From Acidobacteriota bacterium (lineage in GTDB: Bacteria; Acidobacteriota; Aminicenantia; S016-38), in assembly GCA_015486055.1 (NCBI GenBank), contig WFSJ01000018.1:34179-98178 (forward strand): a stretch of DNA of 64,000 nucleotides. The letters are read 5' to 3'. How positions within the stretch are numbered: the first letter of the stretch is position 1; each line of letters begins with the position of its first letter. A program made the translations under genes and the position numbers. Under the pieces are notes generated by a model, which was given only the letters and a program-made list of their open reading frames with translations, ran no database searches and was not told where the DNA came from. This document shows positions 30,137 through 38,083 of this stretch, in pieces.

Positions 30137-30489
30137 TGATTTACAAAATTTTAGGGGAAGTTTTAATCTTCATCGGCGCTCTCTTTCTTTTCCTTGCAGG
30201 ACTTGGAATTGTAAGAATGCCAGATGTTTACAACAGGATGCAGACAGGGACAAAGGCAACAACTCTTGGTGCCATCTCTCTTATCATGGGGGTAGGGATC
30301 TATCATCCCCAGTGGATATTTAAAACAGGGATAATATCCCTTTTCATACTTCTTACAAATCCTGTCTCTTCTCATTCTCTTGCCAGGGCTTCCCACAACT
30401 CTGGAATTCCCCTTACCAAGGGTTCTGTCCTTGATAGATATGCAGAGGATAAGAAAAAGGGATTTAAGGAGGAAGAAAATGATTCTTGA
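30136..30489 (+). CDS. Mrp antiporter subunit G
   Basis: MnhG-like (GIVRMPDVYNRMQTGTKATTLG). GGAGG SD. Confidence 0.75.
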   Translation: MIYKILGEVLIFIGALFLFLAGLGIVRMPDVYNRMQTGTKATTLGAISLIMGVGIYHPQWIFKTGIISLFILLTNPVSSHSLARASHNSGIPLTKGSVLDRYAEDKKKGFKEEENDS

Positions 30490-30724
30490 ATACTTTATGA
30501 TTCTTCTTTTGCTTTTGATGGTTGGACTGGCAATTTATGCTGTTGAAACTAAGGACCTTCTTGCCTCTGTTATTGCCGCTGGGTTTGTTTCCCTTGTGGC
30601 TTCCATTGTTTATCTTTATCTTCAAGCTCCAGATGTGGCGATGACAGAAGCAGCTATTGGAGCCGGTCTTACCACTCTTATTTTCATAATAGCCATCAGA
30701 AAAACAGAGAGGCGTGAAAGATGA
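30479..30724 (+). CDS. Small MrpB-N-terminal-like membrane subunit (DUF4040-like), 81 aa
   Basis: Internal ATG at 30479 preceded by AAGGAGG. Two TM helices. Overlaps the mrpG 3' end. Confidence 0.5.
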   Translation: MILEYFMILLLLLMVGLAIYAVETKDLLASVIAAGFVSLVASIVYLYLQAPDVAMTEAAIGAGLTTLIFIIAIRKTERRER

Positions 30725-31458
30725 GAAAATGGATAGCCATAACATTCCTTTTAATTCTGGGATTCTTTATGTTGAGGATCGCAGGGGCATTTCCCTTTGG
30801 GGAGAATACATGGAAGGTTGCAAGGCAATATGTGAAGAATGTAACAGAAGAAAAATGGTGGGTTGCTGAGCATTATGTGGATAAGGGAATAAAAGAAAAC
30901 AGAGGCTCCAATCTAGTAACATCCATAGTTGTTAATTACAGAGGATTTGACACTCTTGGAGAAGTTACAGTCCTTTTCCTTGCCGCTACTGCCCTTGCTT
31001 TTTTACTTTCCTCCTGTACTTGCTTTAGAAAATATGAAAGGATAGAGGCAAGTCTTATCCTGAAAACGGCATCAGATACCCTTTATCCCCTTTTAATTCT
31101 TTTCGGAGCCTACATATTTATTCACGGGCACCTGACCCCTGGGGGAGGATTTCAGGGAGGAACTGTCATTGCGTCAGCTGTCATGCTTATGCTTCTTGCA
31201 CATTTTTCCTTCCATCCTAACCACGAAGTCCTCTCCGTCACCGAGGGTCTCGCTGGTATCGTATTTGCCGCCATTGGCCTTGCGGGGCTTATATGGGGCA
31301 GAAGCTTCCTTGCAAACAACATACTTCCATTGGGACATTGGAACAGACTATTTTCTGCCGGAGTAATTCCTCTGATATATATAGCCATAGGCTTTAAAGT
31401 AGGTTCCGAGCTTTCTGGCCTTATAACAGATATGTTTAAGGTAACAAAGGAGGAATAA
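30721..31458 (+). CDS. Mrp antiporter subunit B (MnhB domain)
   Basis: NLVTSIVVNYRGFDTLGEVTVLF is the MnhB signature. Confidence 0.7.
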   Translation: MRKWIAITFLLILGFFMLRIAGAFPFGENTWKVARQYVKNVTEEKWWVAEHYVDKGIKENRGSNLVTSIVVNYRGFDTLGEVTVLFLAATALAFLLSSCTCFRKYERIEASLILKTASDTLYPLLILFGAYIFIHGHLTPGGGFQGGTVIASAVMLMLLAHFSFHPNHEVLSVTEGLAGIVFAAIGLAGLIWGRSFLANNILPLGHWNRLFSAGVIPLIYIAIGFKVGSELSGLITDMFKVTKEE

Positions 31459-31808
31459 TGTTTTTCTTTGCTTCTTCAATTGCCTTAATTCTGATAGGTC
31501 TTTATGCAGTTCTTGTAAAGAGGAACATAATGAAAATGGTTATAGGGCTTTCCATAATGGACACAGGAGTGAATATCTTGATCATATCCTTGGGATTCAT
31601 AAGGGGAAAGACAGCACCCATCATAAACGCAAAAGACCTTCTTGTGAGAACTTCCTCAAAGGTTGTTGACCCTGTGCCTCAGGCCCTTGTTCTTACCGCG
31701 ATAGTTATAGGGGTGGCGGTTACCGCTGCAGCCCTTTCAATAGTTATGCTCATGTATAGCAAGAAGAAGAGCCTTGAAATAGAAGAATATAAGGAGCTGA
31801 AATGGTAA
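31458..31808 (+). CDS. Mrp antiporter subunit C (NuoK-like)
   Basis: 116 aa with three TM, NuoK/MnhC-like. Confidence 0.7.
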   Translation: MFFFASSIALILIGLYAVLVKRNIMKMVIGLSIMDTGVNILIISLGFIRGKTAPIINAKDLLVRTSSKVVDPVPQALVLTAIVIGVAVTAAALSIVMLMYSKKKSLEIEEYKELKW

Positions 31809-34800
31809 ATCCAATCTTGATAATAGCAATAACCTTAGCTTCTGCCTTTTTTATAGGGATACTTCAGGTTTACAGTAAACTCTGGGCGAAAGTTTTTTTC
31901 TTTCTCGTCCTTATATTTGATTTTGTAGCTGCTGGAGCCAACTTCTACGGTTTTCTTTCAGGGAAAATAACCTCTCCGATACTGGTAAAAATTGGGGGTT
32001 TTCCTCCTCCCATTGGAATAAACCTTTTTGTAGGAAAGGCCGAAGCTGCCATGGGATTCCTGATCTTTACCATTACTCTTCTTGGAGCCTATCATTTGGC
32101 AAGAAGAGGGATTCCTGAGCCTCAGGGTAAGGCAATGGTCCTTTTTCTCCTTCTCTCCCTTGGAGCAGCAGGGATAACTTTCACAGGTGATTTCTTCAAC
32201 CTATTTGTTTTCATTGAGATAACATCCATAGCGGCATATGGGCTTGTGGCTTCAGCAAAAACAGAAAAGTCCTTGGAAGCAGCATTTAAATATATGGTTA
32301 TAGGTTCTATAAGCTCCACCTTTATTCTTCTCGGTGTGGTTTTCCTTTATAAAGCCACAGGAAGCCTTAACATGCTTGACATTGCAAAAAAAGTGAAGAC
32401 TTTTCCTCTGACCCCTGTTTTCTCTCTCATTTCCCTTGTGTTTTTTGCAGGTCTTCTCATTGAACTGGAGGTTTTCCCCATAAATGGGTGGGCCCTTGAT
32501 GTCTATCAGGGGGCAGACCCTGTGGTTGTTGCAGTCCTTACGGGTGCTGCAGTGAAAGCTTTTTATTTGATATTTATAAAAGCAGGGGGATATCTTGCCC
32601 TCCCTTCTTTTTTCCAGCTTTCCCTTATATTTGGAGGAGGCACTTATCTGGTGAGCCAATTCCTTGCTTGGAGACAGAGGGATGTCCGAAGGCTTCTTGG
32701 ATATTCCTCAGTTGCTCAATTGGGGCTTTTAATCCTTTCAGCGGGCTTTTTCCTCAATAACTCTCTTCCTTCAAGCTCAAGGCATTTCATAGCTCTTGCG
32801 ATAGTTCTTTTCGTATTCAATCATTCCTTCGCCAAATCTTCCCTTTTTCTTTTAGTAGATAATGTGGAAACCAGGGAAATGGAAGGATGGAAGGGGATAT
32901 TGAAGAGGAATCCTCTTTTCAAGTTTATATTCTCCACCTCTGTTTTTTCCATAACAGGGGTTCCACCGTTCCCAGGATTTTGGGCAAAGCTTCTTCTAAT
33001 TTTTGCGATCCCAAAAGAGTATGCTTGGGTTGTAGGCCTTATCCTTCTTGGTGCTGTGGCTGAGATCGTTTATTATTTTAGATTTTACAGAATAGCATCG
33101 GATGGGGAGGGGGAGAAAGTAAAAAAGAACTTGGCTTCACCCCTTGCAGCCTCCCTGATTTTAATTACAGGAGGCGGGGTTGCGTGGTCCATGTTTTCAG
33201 GATATATGGGGATTATGTTTAATTCTCTTATAATTGTGTTCCTTATGGTCGCTGCAGCTATTTACATTTTTGGTTTCTCAAAGCCTCTTCAGTGGACCGC
33301 TTCCCTCGTTCTTCTTGGCTATGGAATTTACAGATTTCTTCCTTCAATGAAGGCAAATCTCCACGGATTTTTCCTTGCCCTTGTGTTTTTCGGAGGAGCG
33401 ATACTTCTTTTTGCCACATATCCCACATCAAAGAGGCTTTCGTGGAGTTTTTATCCTGCATATCTTGTTGTGATTTTTTCTCTTGTTGGAATAGCCCTTT
33501 CAACCAGCTGGTTGAATCTTTTCGTTTACTGGGAACTTATGAGCTGGTCTTCCTTCCTTCTTGTTAATATGGGAAAGAAGGCAAAAAGGGCTGCATGGAT
33601 TTATGCTATCTTTAGTTCAGCAGGGGCTTATTCGATGCTAGCAGGAATATATCTCCTGCCAAAGCTTTCAATAAGCAAGATCGGGGTAACTGGAGTGCTT
33701 ATTCCCGTTCTTCTAATCACAGGCTTCCTTGTTAAAATGGCAACCTCTCCCCTTCACATTTGGGCAAGGGATGCATATGGGGAAAGCCCTGATGAATTTA
33801 CTCCTCTTCTTTCTGGAATAATGTCAAAAATTGGGGTATTCGGATCTGCTCTTGTTTTTCTCTATGTAATAGCAAATATTTCTTCCGGTCCTGCTCTCAG
33901 GTATGGTCTTGCATGGCTTGGAGTTCTTACTGCTTTCTTTATGACCCTTCTTGCAGTTTTTCAGGAAGATCTAAAGAAACTCCTTGCTTATTCCTCTGTA
34001 GGCCAGGTAGGCTACATTCTTCTCGGCCTTGCCATTGCTACACCCCTTGGATGGAATGCTGCCCTTTACCACACTGTAGATCACTTCATTTTTAAGGGGC
34101 TTCTTTTTGTGGCTGCTGCAGGGATAATTTATCGTGTAGGAACTTCCTATCTTCCCCATATGGGAGGGCTTATAAGAAGGATGCCGCTTACTTTCCTTGC
34201 AGTGCTTATTGCGATAATTTCTCTTGCAGGGATTCCACCAATGGCTGGTTTTGCAGGGAAATGGCTTCTCTATTCTGCGCTTATTGAGAAACAATGGGTA
34301 TTTATTACGGTGGTTGCATTTTTAGCTTCCACGCTTGCCTTCCTTTATTGTTTCAAGATTCTCCATACTGTATTTCTCGGTCAGCTTCAGGACGAGAACA
34401 AAAATGCAAGAGAGGTCCCTTTTCCCATTGCTGCTGCCGAAACAATCCTTCTTGTTGCCACCGTAGCAATTGGAGCTTTTCCAAGGCTTCTTCTCGATCC
34501 CATAAACAAAGTGTTAAACAAGATTCCAGGGATGAAAAATTCCGGCTTGTTCTACGAAAAGACGCTTGGGGCAGTTTCGAAGCTCGGCCACTGGAATGCC
34601 CTTTTCCTTATGGTATTTACAGTGGGTTCTTTCATCTTTGCCCTTATATTCTTTGCCCTAACGTCAGCGAGGGTGAGGGAGGTTAAACAACTTGATGTGG
34701 GCTATGCGGGGGAAGTTCCCCGTCAAGTAGAGGATCTTCACTTTGGCTATGACCTTTATGCCCATTTCAGAAGAACGGTTAAATGGCTGATTTATCCTCT

Positions 34801-34951
34801 GGTTTCTAAAATATGGAAGGGAATTTATGAATGGACAGGGACCTTTGCCGAGGTTCTCAGGAGATTTTATACAGGAAATATAAATACATACGCAGCATAT
34901 GTGATTCTCATTTCAATATTAATTCTTCACTTCTTTGCTGGGGGGAAATGA
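31802..34951 (+). CDS. Fused double MrpD/NuoN/NuoM-like antiporter subunit (two proton-pumping modules, 1049 aa)
   Basis: First module has NuoN-like FNLFVFIEITSIAAYGL. Second module (from about residue 500) has WELMSWSSFLLV, as in the NuoL/M/N WExxG/SxxSYxLI block. At least 28 TM. Confidence 0.75.
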   Translation: MVNPILIIAITLASAFFIGILQVYSKLWAKVFFFLVLIFDFVAAGANFYGFLSGKITSPILVKIGGFPPPIGINLFVGKAEAAMGFLIFTITLLGAYHLARRGIPEPQGKAMVLFLLLSLGAAGITFTGDFFNLFVFIEITSIAAYGLVASAKTEKSLEAAFKYMVIGSISSTFILLGVVFLYKATGSLNMLDIAKKVKTFPLTPVFSLISLVFFAGLLIELEVFPINGWALDVYQGADPVVVAVLTGAAVKAFYLIFIKAGGYLALPSFFQLSLIFGGGTYLVSQFLAWRQRDVRRLLGYSSVAQLGLLILSAGFFLNNSLPSSSRHFIALAIVLFVFNHSFAKSSLFLLVDNVETREMEGWKGILKRNPLFKFIFSTSVFSITGVPPFPGFWAKLLLIFAIPKEYAWVVGLILLGAVAEIVYYFRFYRIASDGEGEKVKKNLASPLAASLILITGGGVAWSMFSGYMGIMFNSLIIVFLMVAAAIYIFGFSKPLQWTASLVLLGYGIYRFLPSMKANLHGFFLALVFFGGAILLFATYPTSKRLSWSFYPAYLVVIFSLVGIALSTSWLNLFVYWELMSWSSFLLVNMGKKAKRAAWIYAIFSSAGAYSMLAGIYLLPKLSISKIGVTGVLIPVLLITGFLVKMATSPLHIWARDAYGESPDEFTPLLSGIMSKIGVFGSALVFLYVIANISSGPALRYGLAWLGVLTAFFMTLLAVFQEDLKKLLAYSSVGQVGYILLGLAIATPLGWNAALYHTVDHFIFKGLLFVAAAGIIYRVGTSYLPHMGGLIRRMPLTFLAVLIAIISLAGIPPMAGFAGKWLLYSALIEKQWVFITVVAFLASTLAFLYCFKILHTVFLGQLQDENKNAREVPFPIAAAETILLVATVAIGAFPRLLLDPINKVLNKIPGMKNSGLFYEKTLGAVSKLGHWNALFLMVFTVGSFIFALIFFALTSARVREVKQLDVGYAGEVPRQVEDLHFGYDLYAHFRRTVKWLIYPLVSKIWKGIYEWTGTFAEVLRRFYTGNINTYAAYVILISILILHFFAGGK

Positions 34952-35859
34952 TGGGTGTCAAGATATTCTATGCTTTTATAGCTTTGATAGGGGGCATTGC
35001 TTATGGTCTCTTGCTCGGGGGGATTTCAAGGAAAATAACAGCAAGAATGCAAAACAGGAGAGGGCCGACCGTATTCCAGAACTTCATAGATGTGTGGAAA
35101 TTATTCAGAAAGAAGACAGCCATTTCACATGGGGTGATGTTCTACCTTGCTCCCATATTCAGGTTGCTTGGCGGAGCAGGGACTTTCCTTCTTGTCCCCA
35201 TCGTTGTAGGGAACTTTTATCTGAGCAATTTTTCCTTCGGTGGAGATCTTATAGTGATAATGTATTTCATGGTGATGGGATGCCTCGGAATGGCACTTGG
35301 AGCAGCGGAGAGCGGCCATCCTCATGCTCCTATCGGTGTTACAAGGGGGCTTGCACAAATGGCGGGTCAAGAGCTTCCCTTTATAATTTCAGTGGTTGTT
35401 CTAATGATTGTTGATAAAACCACCTCTGTAGAAGGAATAGTAATGGCGCAGCAGGGCGGGATACTTCACTGGCACATATTCACCTATCCTTTTGCAGCGA
35501 TTGCTGCTTTCATAAGCCTTTTAGGAATGATGACTTCCTATCCGTTCGAAATTGTGATGGCACCCCAAGAAATCGCCATTGGTCCTCCCACAGAGTTTAG
35601 CTCAACTTTCCTATCCTACATGTTTTCAGGGAGAAGTGTATTTGCTGTGGCAAAATATGTTCTCTTCATGGACCTTTTTCTTGGTGGTGCAACGAACCTC
35701 CTCTGGGCCTTTTTAAAAACCTTTCTGATTTTCCTGTGGCCATTGTTCATTACGGATGTTTTTCCTCGTTTCAAACTTGAGCAGTCAGTTTCCTTCTTCT
35801 GGACATGGCCAACACTTATAGGGCTGATAGATTTACTAAGAATATACATAGTGAGGTAA
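34948..35859 (+). CDS. NuoH/HycD/MbhM-like membrane subunit
   Basis: RKITARMQNRRGPTVFQNFIDVWKLFRK matches the NuoH R-x-x-x-x-QxRxGP motif. 4-nt overlap with the upstream gene. Confidence 0.8.
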   Translation: MMGVKIFYAFIALIGGIAYGLLLGGISRKITARMQNRRGPTVFQNFIDVWKLFRKKTAISHGVMFYLAPIFRLLGGAGTFLLVPIVVGNFYLSNFSFGGDLIVIMYFMVMGCLGMALGAAESGHPHAPIGVTRGLAQMAGQELPFIISVVVLMIVDKTTSVEGIVMAQQGGILHWHIFTYPFAAIAAFISLLGMMTSYPFEIVMAPQEIAIGPPTEFSSTFLSYMFSGRSVFAVAKYVLFMDLFLGGATNLLWAFLKTFLIFLWPLFITDVFPRFKLEQSVSFFWTWPTLIGLIDLLRIYIVR

Positions 35860-35861
35860 CT

Positions 35862-36434
35862 ATGGGAAAAGATAAATTTCTAAATGAAAAGCCTGAAAAA
35901 TTGACATATTCAGGTGTTTTTAAGAAGATTGACAACTGGGCAAGGGCAAGGTCCCTGTGGGTTGTCGCTTATGGAACAGGGTGCGGTGCCATTGAGCTTC
36001 GCCCTACCTTTACCTCAAGATTTGATGCGGAAAGGTTTGGGATGCGTATGGTTGGCACCCCCCGTCAGGCAGATGTCATCGTTGTAAGCGGTTATCTTAC
36101 TGTGAAAACCTTAAAGAGGGTAATAAGGGTTTACGAACAAATGCAGTCCCCGAAATATGTTGTTGCCCTTGGAGCCTGTCCTATAAACGGAGGTATGTAT
36201 TACGACTCCTACAATGCTATCAACCGCCTTGACCTTTATCTTCCAGTGGATATATGGGTAACAGGTTGCATGCCAAGACCGGAAGCCATTCTCGCAGGTT
36301 TCAAGAGGCTTCAGGAACTCATAGATGACGGAAAAGCAGACGGATGGAAGAAGTACATAGAGGCCCTTGATTGGTATAGAGGAAATCAGAGAAAAATCAT
36401 AAAGAACTGGCGAATGCCTAATTATAACTGGTGA
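35862..36434 (+). CDS. NuoB/hydrogenase small-subunit-like protein
   Basis: VAYGTGCGAIE, GACPINGG and TGCMPRPE N2-cluster-type motifs. The first motif carries a single Cys rather than CC. Confidence 0.8.
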   Translation: MGKDKFLNEKPEKLTYSGVFKKIDNWARARSLWVVAYGTGCGAIELRPTFTSRFDAERFGMRMVGTPRQADVIVVSGYLTVKTLKRVIRVYEQMQSPKYVVALGACPINGGMYYDSYNAINRLDLYLPVDIWVTGCMPRPEAILAGFKRLQELIDDGKADGWKKYIEALDWYRGNQRKIIKNWRMPNYNW

Positions 36435-36442
36435 GGTTGATA

Positions 36443-36973
36443 ATGAATATTATTGAGAGATTAAAGGAAAGATTTGAAGTTCTCATCGCAGAGAAAAAAA
36501 GAAAGGACCTCTTGATAATAGAGACAACAAAGAAGGGACTTATACCCATGCTTTTTTACCTTAAGGAATACGAAGGATACAGAACCCTCACCTTGATATC
36601 CTGTGTGGATTGGATAGAGGATAAAAAATTTCAGATGAGCTATATCCTATGGAACTTTAGAATGAAAGCGAATATCATCGTGAAGTTCATGCTTGATAGG
36701 GAAAACCCCGATTTTGAAACCGTATATAAATTGTGGCCCCAAGCAGAAGCCTACGAAAGAGAAATTCACGAAATGTTCGGGGTGAATTTTGAGGGCAATC
36801 CAACACAGAACGAGGAGCTCATCCTTGAGGATTGGGATAATATTCCTCCAATGAGGAGAGATTTTGATACTCTGAAATATTCAATGGAGAAGTTCGGGGA
36901 GAGGGAACCCAAGAGCCGAATAAATATAAGGAAGGAAATCTCTGAACAATATGACGAATGGAGAAGAAAATGA
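36443..36973 (+). CDS. NuoC (30-kDa)-like subunit
   Basis: TLTLISCVDW...ILWNF... and ...EREIHEMFGVNFEGNP are typical of NuoC/MbhK. Confidence 0.75.
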   Translation: MNIIERLKERFEVLIAEKKRKDLLIIETTKKGLIPMLFYLKEYEGYRTLTLISCVDWIEDKKFQMSYILWNFRMKANIIVKFMLDRENPDFETVYKLWPQAEAYEREIHEMFGVNFEGNPTQNEELILEDWDNIPPMRRDFDTLKYSMEKFGEREPKSRINIRKEISEQYDEWRRK

Positions 36974-38073
36974 GCACGGAAGAAGTTAGACTTTTCATAG
37001 GGCCTCAGCATCCCGGAGTTACCGGGAACATGAGTATAGAAGTTCTTCTTAAAGGGGATACAATCACATGGGCTAAAACCCACATAGGATATCTCCACAG
37101 GGCCTTTGAAAAACTTATGGAGCGGAGGATTTTCATAAAGAGCTTTCCCTTAGTTTGCAGAATATGTGTTCCAGAATCTGACACGAACGAGGAGAATTTA
37201 GCAAGGGGTCTTGAGGAACTTGCAGATATAGAAATTCCGGAAAGAGCAAAATGGATAAGGACATTGGTGCTTGAGCTTTCAAGACTTCAAATGTTTATAA
37301 TGTGGTATGGGGGGATAGCAGGCTCCATGGGACTTTCTACTCCTGTTCAGTGGGGGATAGGAGACAGGGATTACATCCTTGACCTTTTTGAAGAGCTTAC
37401 AGGGGGAAGGGTTTATCACATATATATTCTTCCAGGAGGTGTGAGGAAGGACCTTCCAGAGGGTTTTGAAGAAAGGGTTTTAAAGACAATGGATCTAATA
37501 GAGAGAAGGCTTCCTGAATACGATGAGCTCATAATGGATAATGCTGTGGAGCAGAAGAGATTAAAAGGACTTGCTCCTATCCCAAAGGAATGGGTAGAAG
37601 AAATGGGAATAACGGGTCCAGTGGCAAGGGCATGTGGTTTTCCCTACGATGTGAGGAAGAACAGTCCCTATGAGGCTTACGACAAATTGGATTTTGATGT
37701 GATAACAGAAGATGGATGCGATGTTTGGTCAATGCTACTTGTGAGGAGGAGAGAAATTGATCTTAGTATAAAACTTATAAGAGAAATAGTAAGTAAAATG
37801 CCCAAAGGAGAGTTCCTCACAAGGCTTCCTAATGTCCTTTACTGGGAGATACCAAAAGGAGAAACCTATGTAAAATCGGAGGCAACAAGAGGTGAATTTG
37901 GCTATTACATATTCACCGATGGTTCAGGAAAGCCGAGAAGAGTTCATGTAAAGGGTCCTTCTTTCATACACGGGATAACTCTTCTTGAGAGGCTTCTTGT
38001 TGGGCAGAACATAGCGGATGTAGCACCAATTTTGGTGGCTCTTCAAATTTGTCCACCAGAGATGGAAAGATAG
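36958..38073 (+). CDS. NuoD/[NiFe]-hydrogenase large-subunit-like protein with incomplete Ni-Fe ligand set
   Basis: LFIGPQHPGVTGNMSIEV...HIGYLHRAFEK matches NuoD/large subunit. An N-terminal CxxC is present (LVCRICVPE). The C-terminus has QICPPE, one Cys, in place of DPCxxC. Confidence 0.8.
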   Translation: MEKKMSTEEVRLFIGPQHPGVTGNMSIEVLLKGDTITWAKTHIGYLHRAFEKLMERRIFIKSFPLVCRICVPESDTNEENLARGLEELADIEIPERAKWIRTLVLELSRLQMFIMWYGGIAGSMGLSTPVQWGIGDRDYILDLFEELTGGRVYHIYILPGGVRKDLPEGFEERVLKTMDLIERRLPEYDELIMDNAVEQKRLKGLAPIPKEWVEEMGITGPVARACGFPYDVRKNSPYEAYDKLDFDVITEDGCDVWSMLLVRRREIDLSIKLIREIVSKMPKGEFLTRLPNVLYWEIPKGETYVKSEATRGEFGYYIFTDGSGKPRRVHVKGPSFIHGITLLERLLVGQNIADVAPILVALQICPPEMER

Positions 38074-38083
38074 GAGGGAAAAA

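Noticed and set aside
32122-35414. Cys- and Lys-rich ORFs within and antisense to mrpD/nuoH (32122-32319-, 32252-32659-, 33258-33503-, 33971-34294-, 34294-34686+, 34935-35414+, 35125-35370-)
   Set aside because: Alternate-frame or antisense products of membrane-protein genes. High Cys/His reflects T/G-rich codons read out of frame. No start context
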